A model generated the notes under the pieces. It had not been told where the DNA came from and searched no databases. It worked only from the letters and a program-made list of their open reading frames with translations. A stretch of DNA of 64,000 nt from an uncultured Candidatus Saccharibacteria bacterium (lineage in GTDB: Bacteria; Patescibacteriota; Saccharimonadia; Saccharimonadales; AWTP1-31), in the NCBI GenBank assembly GCA_964629815.1, contig CAZVTA010000003.1, positions 48,721 through 112,720 on the forward strand, written 5' to 3'. Within the stretch, counting starts at the first letter, position 1. Every line of letters starts with the position of its first letter. The position numbers and the translations under genes were made by a program. Positions 45,313 through 54,064 of this stretch are shown here, one piece after another.

Positions 45313-46602
45313 ATGCTTGATAAAATAAAGACCATTCATAAGGCTGTTGCCGCTAAAACAAAAAAGCCGAGCCGAGCCGATTATATCGTAGGTCTTGATA
45401 TTGGCACTGAGTATGTAAAAGCTCTTATTGGGCGAGTTAGTGGCGAGGATGTTGAGATTATTGGTGTTGGTCGCGCGCATCAGGGTTTGGCCGATATGCA
45501 AGCCGGGGCCGTTGCCGATATTGCTGCAGTGGTCCGTAACTGCGACAAGGCATTAAGCATGGCCGAACAACAGGCTGGCGTTAGCGCCAAATCGGTAGTT
45601 ATTGGTATAGCTGGTGAGCTGGTAAAAGGTACAACTATTCGCGTAAAAGTGAGGCGCAAAAACGCCGATAAAGAAATGAATATTGATGAAGTAGAGCGAA
45701 TAATCTCTCTCGTGCAGTCGCGAGCTCACGAACGAGCAAAACATCAGCTTGCCTGGGAACTGGGCGGCAAAGATGTAGAAATTCGGCTTGTTAATAGTGC
45801 CTTGGTTAATATCGAAATTGATGGTTATGCGGTTACAAATCCTGTTGGCTTCAAGGGAAGAGAGGTGGTTGTTCAATTGTATACAGCCTTTGCGCCAATG
45901 ATCCACATTGGTGCGCTCGAGCGAACAGCTCAAGAGCTCGACCTCGAGTTGATTGCTGTTGCGGCCGAGCCGTTTGCGGTATCTCGATCGGTAATTGGGG
46001 ATGACCCGAATGCTTCAATGAGTGCAATTTTAATGGATGTGGGTGGTGGCACAACCGATATTGCTGTGGTTAACGAAGGCGGTGTTCAGGGTACCAAAAT
46101 GTTTGGTATTGGCGGCCGTGCATATACCAAGAGTATTGAGCGCGAATTTGGCGTAACGTTCGATCAGGCCGAACAGCTGAAACTTGGTCTGAGCACAAAC
46201 AAAATTGCTCGTAATAAGGTTGCGCTTGTTGAGGGGGCGTTGAAGAAAACGCTGCAGGTTTGGATATCGGGTGTTGAGCTTGCATTGGCCGAATTCACAC
46301 AGCTCGATCATCTGCCACGTAAAGTTTTGCTTTGTGGGGGTGGTTCAAGTCTGGACCTCTTGATGGATAGTTTAGAGTCGAGCGATTGGTACCGAGACTT
46401 ACCTTTTACGCGCAAACCGGTCGTACAGCATATTCAGCCAGAAGAAGTAGTAGGAATTGTTGACAAAACCGGTAAGGTCACCGATCATACATTCATAACC
46501 GCAATGGGTCTGCTGAGGGTAGGCATGGACACTCGTTTACAAGACGATGGTTCGCAAGCTGGTACAATACGACAAAGGATAGACAGGTTATTAAAGGTAT
46601 AA
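45313..46602 (+). CDS. ftsA: cell division protein FtsA (actin-like ATPase)
   Basis: Motifs are VGLDIGTEYVKALIG and DVGGGTTDIAV. Length 429 aa, with a C-terminal amphipathic tail IRQRIDRLLKV. Confidence 0.8.
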   Translation: MLDKIKTIHKAVAAKTKKPSRADYIVGLDIGTEYVKALIGRVSGEDVEIIGVGRAHQGLADMQAGAVADIAAVVRNCDKALSMAEQQAGVSAKSVVIGIAGELVKGTTIRVKVRRKNADKEMNIDEVERIISLVQSRAHERAKHQLAWELGGKDVEIRLVNSALVNIEIDGYAVTNPVGFKGREVVVQLYTAFAPMIHIGALERTAQELDLELIAVAAEPFAVSRSVIGDDPNASMSAILMDVGGGTTDIAVVNEGGVQGTKMFGIGGRAYTKSIEREFGVTFDQAEQLKLGLSTNKIARNKVALVEGALKKTLQVWISGVELALAEFTQLDHLPRKVLLCGGGSSLDLLMDSLESSDWYRDLPFTRKPVVQHIQPEEVVGIVDKTGKVTDHTFITAMGLLRVGMDTRLQDDGSQAGTIRQRIDRLLKV

Positions 46603-46606
46603 ACAT

Positions 46607-48319
46607 ATGGCAGAAGCTTCAAAAGACACCATATACATAGACATAGACGACGAAATCACCAGCGTGATTGATAAAGTACAATCGAGTAAGCAAAAAATAG
46701 TTGCCTTGGTTTTGCCAAAACGGGCATCGGTATTCCAAAGCATTGTTAATATGAAGCTGCTCAAACGTGCGGCTGCGCAATCGAAGAAGAGTATTGTATT
46801 GATTACAAGCGAGCTTGCGGTCGTTTCGCTTGCAGGTGCAGTAAAGGTTCATGTTGCCAAGACTTTGCACACAAAGCCGGCTATTCCTGCAGCGCCCAAG
46901 ACGGTGCCGAAAGAAGAGCCTGAAGCACCCATGGATCAAGATTCTGATGAAGATGAGCCTGATCTAGACAAAACCGCTAGTGTCGGCGAGCTAAGTGGTG
47001 ACGAGGAAGAGGAGCTGCTCGAAGCCGAAAAGGCTAATCCCGAAGAGACTATCGAGCTTGATAATCAAGAAGAAAACCAGCATGTTCTCGATGAAAAGCC
47101 AGATAAGAAAGCGGCAAAGGCAGAGAAGAAATTAAAGGTCCCTAATTTTAATCAGTTTCGTAAACGAATACTGATTGGTGCTGGCATTTTTGTGCTACTT
47201 ATTATTTTTTGGGTCTATGCCGCGTTTTTTATGCCCAAGGCCACCATTACCATAAAAACCGACAGTGTAAGCGTAAATACCGATATAGCATTTACGGCCA
47301 GTACTTCTGCGAAAAGCTTTGATCAGGCAAAGGCTATTGTGCCAGCAACGTCGGTCGAGACTAAAAAATCTTCCAGCGAGAAAACAGCTGCTACCGGAAA
47401 GAAAAATGTCGGAGAAAAAGCAACCGGTAGTGTTTCGCTAAAAAACTGCACCAAGACTGATGGCTCGGTTACCTTGCCCGCTGGTACGGGTGTAAGTACG
47501 AATGGGCTAAATTTCCTTCTTGCATCGTCTATTACGTTACCGGCAAGTTCATTTACTGGTGGCGGTAGTTGTACTACTGCGGCCAAGTCGGTTGACGTTG
47601 TGGCACAGAATGCCGGCGATCAGTACAACATTAGCGCGGGTCGCACCTTTAGCGTTTCGGGCAATAGCCTTATAAGCGGTGTTGATAGCAGTGCAATGAC
47701 TGGCGGTACAAACAAGGAAGTAACAGTCGTATCTCAGGAAGACATCGATAACAAGAAGAATGCTATTACCGATGCCAACAAAGCTGCCGCAAAAACCGAG
47801 TTGCAAAAGCAATTACAAGACAAAAATTTGTATGCATTACTTGAAACATTCAATGCAGAAGATACCGCTTTCACAAGCAGCCCGAAAGTTGGTGATGAGG
47901 CTTCAGAAGTGTCGATTACCGGTGAAACAAAATTGTCTATGCTGGGTATTGAAGAAGACATGCTGAATACATTGATTGATGCATCGGTTAAGGATAAGAT
48001 CGATACTAGCAAGCAGGCGATTTCTAGCCGTGGTCTTGACCAAGGTGTATTTAGGCTTAGCGACAGGGGTAATGGGAAAGAACAAAAACTTTCACTTCAA
48101 ACAACCGTCAGTACAGGCGTGCAGGTAAAACAGGAAGAGCTTAAGAAAGAAATAGCCGGCAAGAAGAAAGGCGATGTTCAACAAACACTACAGGCACTTC
48201 CAGGCGTAAAGGAAGTTGATGTTCGGTATAATGTCTTCTGGGCAACGAAGACACCAAAGAATATCAATAAAATTACTCTTGTCTTCGAACAAATAAAATC
48301 AGATGACCAAAATCAGTAA
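46607..48319 (+). CDS. bitopic membrane protein: conserved-looking N-domain, acidic linker, TM, large extracytoplasmic domain (hypothetical)
   Basis: A 570-aa ORF starting 4 nt after ftsA. An acidic low-complexity stretch (aa 100-170) is followed by the single TM ILIGAGIFVLLIIFWVYAAFF and then about 355 aa. Confidence 0.55.
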   Translation: MAEASKDTIYIDIDDEITSVIDKVQSSKQKIVALVLPKRASVFQSIVNMKLLKRAAAQSKKSIVLITSELAVVSLAGAVKVHVAKTLHTKPAIPAAPKTVPKEEPEAPMDQDSDEDEPDLDKTASVGELSGDEEEELLEAEKANPEETIELDNQEENQHVLDEKPDKKAAKAEKKLKVPNFNQFRKRILIGAGIFVLLIIFWVYAAFFMPKATITIKTDSVSVNTDIAFTASTSAKSFDQAKAIVPATSVETKKSSSEKTAATGKKNVGEKATGSVSLKNCTKTDGSVTLPAGTGVSTNGLNFLLASSITLPASSFTGGGSCTTAAKSVDVVAQNAGDQYNISAGRTFSVSGNSLISGVDSSAMTGGTNKEVTVVSQEDIDNKKNAITDANKAAAKTELQKQLQDKNLYALLETFNAEDTAFTSSPKVGDEASEVSITGETKLSMLGIEEDMLNTLIDASVKDKIDTSKQAISSRGLDQGVFRLSDRGNGKEQKLSLQTTVSTGVQVKQEELKKEIAGKKKGDVQQTLQALPGVKEVDVRYNVFWATKTPKNINKITLVFEQIKSDDQNQ

Positions 48320-48710
48320 TTATCTTGCACTTGATGTCGGTGATGTTCGCATTGGTGTAGCCAGGGCGAGCGGCATTGCACGAATTGCCGAACCGCTCAT
48401 GACATTGCCTCATGACCAAAGTGTTTGGCAAAAAATACTCGACTTATGCGAGCAGTACGAGGTTGATCACATTGTTGTGGGGTTGCCAAGAAACATGTAT
48501 GGAGCCGAAACAAAACAATCGGAGTCTATAAGAAAGTTTGCTGCAGAACTGAAAAAAACATGCCAAGCTCGCGTGGTGATGCAAGATGAATCATTGACAA
48601 CCGTTGCGGCTTCGGAGCGAACAAAGGAAGTCGAAAAGCATGGAATAGATGCTGTTGCTGCAAGTGAGATTTTAGACAGCTATCTACGGGAGCATCAACA
48701 TGCGCTTTAG
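48303..48710 (+). CDS. ruvX: Holliday-junction resolvase-like nuclease / pre-16S rRNA nuclease YqgF
   Basis: Motifs are LALDVGDVRIGVA and VVGLP. Length 135 aa. Confidence 0.85.
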   Translation: MTKISNYLALDVGDVRIGVARASGIARIAEPLMTLPHDQSVWQKILDLCEQYEVDHIVVGLPRNMYGAETKQSESIRKFAAELKKTCQARVVMQDESLTTVAASERTKEVEKHGIDAVAASEILDSYLREHQHAL

Positions 48711-49770
48711 TAACTTCTCTGTTCGCTCAAATGATAGGGCACTAAAAAAGATGCTTATAATTCTTGGTGCTATTGTTGTAATAAGCGGCATCGGTATTGT
48801 TATTGGCGCAAGACAATATTTTACGACCAACCTGAAGCCGGTCGGCGGGAGTCAACAGAGTAAAAACATTACAATACCAAGCGGGTATTCTCTCAAGCAA
48901 ACTAGTGCGTTGCTCAAAAGCGAGGGCATGATCCGTAACGGGAATGTATTTGAGCAGTATGTACGCAGTGTTGATGCGAGCGATAAGATCAAGGCGGGTA
49001 CTTATGAGTTGAGCCCGCAGTATTCAGTGCAAGAGATCGTGACAATTATTACTGAAGGCAAAGTTAAGACAAACTTTGTTACCATCTTGCCGGGTCAGTC
49101 GCTATCCGGAGTTAAGAAGGCACTAAAAAATGCCGGTTATGACGAAGCAGAAATAGCTCGTGCACTCGATCCTGCGAGCTATCCAGATCATCCCGCACTT
49201 GTGGATAAGCCGAAAAATGCAAGCCTCGAGGGCTATTTGTATCCAGAGACATTCCAAAAGACTACCGAAACTCGGCCCGAAGAAATCGTAAAAAAATCAC
49301 TCGACGAAATGAATAAGCGCTTAACAGCAGATTTACGTCAAAAAATAGCAAATCAAGGGTTAAGTGTGTATCAAGGGGTAATTCTATCATCGATAGTTGA
49401 GCGTGAAGTTTCAAAGCCCGAAGATCGAAAGCAGGTTGCCCAAGTGTTCTTGAAACGGCTTCGTGATGGCATGGCGCTCGAATCTGATGCGACTGCCAGT
49501 TACGGTGCGTTAATGGACGGCAAGCTCGAGGGTCTTGGCTACAGTCAGACATTGCAATACCAGTCTTCGTATAATACGTATCAAAACAAGGGTTTACCGC
49601 CTGGGCCAATTAGCAATGTCAGTGAGACCTCGCTACAGGCTGTTGCCGAGCCCGCAGCTACCGATTGGGTCTATTTTGTTTCGGGCGACGATGGCAGAAC
49701 ATGGTTTTCTAAAACGCTTGCAGAACACCAAAAATATACTAACGAGTACTGCAAAAAACTCTGCCAATAG
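48700..49770 (+). CDS. mltG: endolytic murein transglycosylase (YceG family)
   Basis: N-terminal TM anchor, YceG-like core (LEGYLYPETF, ILSSIVEREV) and a C-terminal YNTY..GLPPGPI motif. Confidence 0.88.
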   Translation: MRFSNFSVRSNDRALKKMLIILGAIVVISGIGIVIGARQYFTTNLKPVGGSQQSKNITIPSGYSLKQTSALLKSEGMIRNGNVFEQYVRSVDASDKIKAGTYELSPQYSVQEIVTIITEGKVKTNFVTILPGQSLSGVKKALKNAGYDEAEIARALDPASYPDHPALVDKPKNASLEGYLYPETFQKTTETRPEEIVKKSLDEMNKRLTADLRQKIANQGLSVYQGVILSSIVEREVSKPEDRKQVAQVFLKRLRDGMALESDATASYGALMDGKLEGLGYSQTLQYQSSYNTYQNKGLPPGPISNVSETSLQAVAEPAATDWVYFVSGDDGRTWFSKTLAEHQKYTNEYCKKLCQ

Positions 49771-49771
49771 C

Positions 49772-49800
49772 TTGGTTTCAGGAGGCTAATGTGGTACAAT
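49772..49800 (+). promoter_or_regulatory. candidate promoter with extended -10
   Basis: TTGGTT, 17 nt, TACAAT with TGg immediately upstream. It lies about 130-330 nt upstream of the LysM/CHAP coding region. Confidence 0.5.
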
Positions 49801-50129
49801 TTTAGGTGCATATTTCGGTTTATAGAGCGTATTTTACTCTTTACGAATCGATGTATGACCCACTAGTCGAAGCAAGTTGAAGATATGTGCAATCGGTCGA
49901 CTTTTGCACAAAAAATAAAATAATACTCGACTATGGTTAGCGTCATAATAAGACGCACGGAGCACATATTCGTACTTCTACAAAAGCAATAGCACAGGTT
50001 CCTTCGAACATCGTTGCTGTTGCTTCAGAAAAACCTGTTAAGTTCTACAAAGGACTGAGCAAAAAAGGTAAGCGAAAGCTTACTCGTTATGGTATTCTCG
50101 GAGCTAATCTGTTAGTTTTAGCAGTTGTT

Positions 50130-51119
50130 TTGGCTGTTGTCTTGAAGAGTCCACAACCAAATGCAACGGCTGTTAATAATTCAATCACTACAGGTGCTGT
50201 AGCACGTAGTGAGTCCGCGTCAACTGCTCTCGACCAGCTGTCTTCGGCCGATATTGCGGTGCAAGTTGCGCGCGTTGCTCAATTGCCACAGATGAGCGCA
50301 GTGCAAAACCGCGCCGATACGGTGAACGCTGCGTTAACGGTTGCTCCTGCTGATGATACGGTTGTTGCAAAACCACAGGTTGTTGCTACGGCGATTAAGA
50401 CCAAAAAAGATATTATTTCTTATACCACGGTTGCCGGCGATACTATTGGTGGCATTGCTGCTAAATTTGGTGTTACCTCAAATAGTGTACGGTGGTCCAA
50501 TGGTTTTACCGGCGAAAATATTGCAGCTGGTAAGCAACTGTACATTTCGCCGATTCAGAACGGAATTGTATACCAAGTGAAGGCTGGCGACACGCCTGAT
50601 ACTCTAGCTGTTAAATTCCGTGCTAACAAAGAGCAGATTATTCTATTTAACGATGCTGAAGTTGGCGGTCTAAAGGTGGGTGAGCGAATTGTTATTCCGG
50701 ATGGAGACGGTTCTCCTGCTCCTGCAGTTCGCGGTAACTTTAGTGCTAATACGACAACGTTCCCTTGGGGAAATGGTGCGGTATGGGGTGGTGGTGGATA
50801 CGACAGAGGTTATTGTACATGGTGGGCTGCCTATAGAAGGATGCAGGTTGGTCACCCGGTGCCAAGTAATCTTGGTAACGCACGTACCTGGAAGTCTTTG
50901 GCCGCTGCTGCTGGTATACCTGTAGGTAATGCACCAAAGCAGTATGCTGTTATCTGGACGCCTCCACGTGATTATTACGGACACGTTGGTTTTGTCGAAA
51001 AAGTTAATGAAGACGGTAGTGTCTATGTTTCAGAAATGAATACTGCCGGCTGGAATAAAGTCAGCTACAAAACCCTTAGTGCTGCAGATGCTGCACGCTA
51101 TTCGTACATCTATTACTAG
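50130..51119 (+). CDS. peptidoglycan hydrolase with two LysM domains and a C-terminal CHAP domain (5' end unresolved)
   Basis: LysM domains are YTTVAGDTIGGIAAKFGV and YQVKAGDTPDTLAVKF. CHAP is GYCTWWAAYRR ... HVGFVEKV. The TTG at 50130 is the first canonical start, but the open frame extends back to 49941. Confidence 0.75.
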   Translation: MAVVLKSPQPNATAVNNSITTGAVARSESASTALDQLSSADIAVQVARVAQLPQMSAVQNRADTVNAALTVAPADDTVVAKPQVVATAIKTKKDIISYTTVAGDTIGGIAAKFGVTSNSVRWSNGFTGENIAAGKQLYISPIQNGIVYQVKAGDTPDTLAVKFRANKEQIILFNDAEVGGLKVGERIVIPDGDGSPAPAVRGNFSANTTTFPWGNGAVWGGGGYDRGYCTWWAAYRRMQVGHPVPSNLGNARTWKSLAAAAGIPVGNAPKQYAVIWTPPRDYYGHVGFVEKVNEDGSVYVSEMNTAGWNKVSYKTLSAADAARYSYIYY

Positions 51120-51173
51120 CTCATGAAGTTGTGCTTGTGCTTAACCTGTAAAATTCTGGTATGCTAAGCATAT

Positions 51174-52445
51174 ATGTTTATTGATACAGCAGTTGTGACA
51201 GTTCGCGCCGGTAAAGGCGGTAATGGTGTTATTAGTTTTCGTCATGAAAAATTTATTGATCGTGGTGGCCCAGATGGGGGCGACGGCGGCAATGGCGGCG
51301 ATGTTATATTTGTGGCAAGTAGAAATCAAAATACTCTTGCAAACTTTCGCTTTCACAAAGAACTTGAAGCGGAATCTGGTAGGCCCGGAGCAAAACAAAA
51401 AAAGCATGGTAAGAGTGGTAAGGATTTGATAGTACAGGTGCCAATCGGAACAGTCGTTATAACAGCGGAAGATAATGTCGTAGCAGATTTAAGCCACGAC
51501 GGGCAGCAGATGGTGATTGCCAAGGGCGGCAAAGGTGGTTTTGGTAATGCGCATTTTATCTCGTCGCGTCGACAGGCGCCGCGTATTGCAGAAAAAGGTG
51601 AACCTGGCGAAGAATTTACGTTTAAGTTAGAGCTCAAGTCGATTGCAGACGTCGGAGTTGTTGGCCTACCGAATGCTGGTAAATCAACTTTGCTTTCGGT
51701 TTTGAGTAATGCCAAGCCAGAAATTGCAAACTATCCGTTTACGACACTTACGCCAAATCTTGGAGTTGTATCGATGAACGATGCATCAAAATTGTTATTT
51801 GCTGATGTGCCTGGCTTAATCGAGGGCGCAAGCAAAGGCAAGGGGCTTGGTATTGAGTTCCTGCGTCATGTAGAAAGAACCAGTGTTCTGCTGCATCTAA
51901 TAGACATTTATAGTGACGACATTGTACGTGATTACCAGACGATCCAAAAAGAACTTCAAGAATATGAGGTAAATCTGGCCGATAAGCCACAGGTCGTTGC
52001 CTTAACCAAAATTGATGGTTACGACGCGAAAGAGGCACGCAACAAACAGAAAAAACTAGAAAAGAGTTTACCGAAGGGAAGTATCGTGTATTTGGTGTCC
52101 TCAATCTCGGGTGAAGGTCTAACAGAATTAATAACTGAACTACAAAAACAAGTAGAGCAACAAAGACAGCTTAATACACAGCAGCAGACCGTAGAAGACG
52201 CATTGCCAGTATTAACAGTTGGCGATACTGAAAACGCATGGAATGTCGTACAGTCAGAAGACGGCTTTGTTGTTACGGGAAGTAAGATTGAGCGTTTCGC
52301 ACAGCGTACTGACTTTTCAAGTGAGCAAGGGGTTGCGCGACTTAAGGATATTATGCGCAAAATGGGCATACTGCACGAACTTGAGCGAAAAGGTATTGAA
52401 GCGGGGCAAACGATTAGTATCGGCAAAAATCGGGTCGTTTATTAA
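51174..52445 (+). CDS. obg: GTPase Obg/CgtA
   Basis: The Gly-rich Obg fold is GKGGNGVISFRHEKF..RGGPDGGDGGNGGDV. G-motifs are GLPNAGKST and DVPGLIEGA. A C-terminal OCT-like domain is present. Confidence 0.92.
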   Translation: MFIDTAVVTVRAGKGGNGVISFRHEKFIDRGGPDGGDGGNGGDVIFVASRNQNTLANFRFHKELEAESGRPGAKQKKHGKSGKDLIVQVPIGTVVITAEDNVVADLSHDGQQMVIAKGGKGGFGNAHFISSRRQAPRIAEKGEPGEEFTFKLELKSIADVGVVGLPNAGKSTLLSVLSNAKPEIANYPFTTLTPNLGVVSMNDASKLLFADVPGLIEGASKGKGLGIEFLRHVERTSVLLHLIDIYSDDIVRDYQTIQKELQEYEVNLADKPQVVALTKIDGYDAKEARNKQKKLEKSLPKGSIVYLVSSISGEGLTELITELQKQVEQQRQLNTQQQTVEDALPVLTVGDTENAWNVVQSEDGFVVTGSKIERFAQRTDFSSEQGVARLKDIMRKMGILHELERKGIEAGQTISIGKNRVVY

Positions 52446-52681
52446 TGACAGAGCGGGAGCAAGACTATTGCCGACAAGAATGCAGATTTAGAGATGCGCA
52501 AACAGCAGAAGAATTGCGTTGTCCTTCTCGAATTCTCGACGAGGGAATATTATCGGAACAACCTCAATTACAACGACTACTAACCGGTAAACTGCGCGTA
52601 CTGCAGGTAGCGTGTATACAAAATGTATCAGAGGGGCGTAGCCCAGTTAATCTGAACGATGCATTTACGACGCATTATTAA
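52445..52681 (+). CDS. questionable small ORF coupled to the obg stop
   Basis: The ATG overlaps the obg TAA (TAATG). It encodes 78 aa with no SD and no motif, and could be a non-coding spacer. Confidence 0.2.
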   Translation: MTEREQDYCRQECRFRDAQTAEELRCPSRILDEGILSEQPQLQRLLTGKLRVLQVACIQNVSEGRSPVNLNDAFTTHY

Positions 52682-52707
52682 GCGTATATTGCTGTTAAAA
52701 TATATGC

Positions 52708-54057
52708 ATGGCAAATAGATCACTGGTCTTGCGTGAGGGAGACGGTAAGGGCGAATCTGTGCTGTATATCATGTCTCGTGATCAGCGTGTTGCAGATAAT
52801 TTTGGCTTATTGCGCGCTCAGCAATATGCGCTGGAGCATAGACTACCTTTAGCGGTAGTATTTTGTCTGCGCGCAGTAACGGGGCGTGCTAAAGAGCACT
52901 ATGAATGGATGTTGACTGGCTTGAAGGGGATCGAGAAAACCCTAAACGCACACAACCTTCCATTTATGCTGCTGGTGGGCAACCCAACAGAAAAATTTGC
53001 TGCACTCGTTCATCATGTGCGGCCTGCTGCGATCTTTTTTGATCAACATCCGTATGCGGGTGTACAGTTACTGAAAAAAAAATTAGCAGCCAACGCGACG
53101 TGTCATGTAGAAGTTGTCGATTCGCACAATATCGTGCCTGTTTGGACTGCGAGCGATAAGCAGGAGTATGCAGCACGAACAATTCGACCAAAAATTAGTA
53201 AACACCTAGTCGACTATTTGATCGAACCAGATACGTTGGTGCGCCATCCTTTCGTGTGGCCAGGCACAGTCCGGCCTATAGCCGCGCTGCAATCGATCGT
53301 TACCAAGTTTCTTGCAACACTGCCGAGTAACGGGCAAACGTATCAGTTTAAGGCCGGAGAAGCTGCGGCTGCGCATGCTTTGAAGTATTTCATTGAAAAA
53401 GGGCTTTCGAAGTATGCAGATGATAGGAATGATCCAAATAAACATGGGCTTTCTGGGTTGAGTCCGTATCTGCATTTTGGGCAGATTAGTTCCCTGCGAG
53501 CAGTGCTTGATGTAGAAGTCTATATCAAGAAGCATCCGGAAGTCAGAAAGCATGCCGATGCTTTTATTGAAGAAATTGTTATTCGTAAGGAACTGAGCGA
53601 CAATTTTTGCTATTACAATCCTTGGTACCGTTCTTTGCGCGGTGCGCCAGAATGGGGTTTAAAAACATTAGACAAACACCGCCACGATACGAGAGAACAT
53701 AGATATACTTTTGAGCAATTTGAGTCAGCTGCAACACACGACAGTGTCTGGAATGCTGCGCAGCGAGAGCTTGTCGACACAGGAAAAATGCATGGCTACA
53801 TGAGGATGTATTGGGCAAAGAAGGTGCTTGAATGGACTGAGACTCCCGAACAAGCGCACGATTTTTTGGTAAGGCTTAATGATTTTTATTCGCTCGATGG
53901 CGGGGACCCAAATGGTTACGTGGGAATTTTGTGGAGCATTGCGGGCTTACATGATCGACCCTGGTTCGAGCGACCAATTTTTGGTACAGTTCGATTCATG
54001 AACGCTGCAGGTTTGGCACGAAAGTTTGACGTCCAAGCATACGAGAGAGTAGCATAG
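52708..54057 (+). CDS. phr: deoxyribodipyrimidine photolyase (class II CPD type)
   Basis: Motifs are LSPYLHFGQIS, the FIEE..IRKELSDNFCYYN pattern and YMRMYWAKK. TAAAAT lies 6 nt upstream of the ATG. Confidence 0.88.
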   Translation: MANRSLVLREGDGKGESVLYIMSRDQRVADNFGLLRAQQYALEHRLPLAVVFCLRAVTGRAKEHYEWMLTGLKGIEKTLNAHNLPFMLLVGNPTEKFAALVHHVRPAAIFFDQHPYAGVQLLKKKLAANATCHVEVVDSHNIVPVWTASDKQEYAARTIRPKISKHLVDYLIEPDTLVRHPFVWPGTVRPIAALQSIVTKFLATLPSNGQTYQFKAGEAAAAHALKYFIEKGLSKYADDRNDPNKHGLSGLSPYLHFGQISSLRAVLDVEVYIKKHPEVRKHADAFIEEIVIRKELSDNFCYYNPWYRSLRGAPEWGLKTLDKHRHDTREHRYTFEQFESAATHDSVWNAAQRELVDTGKMHGYMRMYWAKKVLEWTETPEQAHDFLVRLNDFYSLDGGDPNGYVGILWSIAGLHDRPWFERPIFGTVRFMNAAGLARKFDVQAYERVA

Positions 54058-54064
54058 CTCTACT

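Noticed and set aside
49801-50129. c-di-AMP (ydaO-type) riboswitch upstream of the LysM/CHAP wall hydrolase.
   Set aside because: The conserved ACGGGGA/CCC-type cores and pseudo-twofold architecture are not visible. Most of the region is better explained as the missing 5' coding extension.
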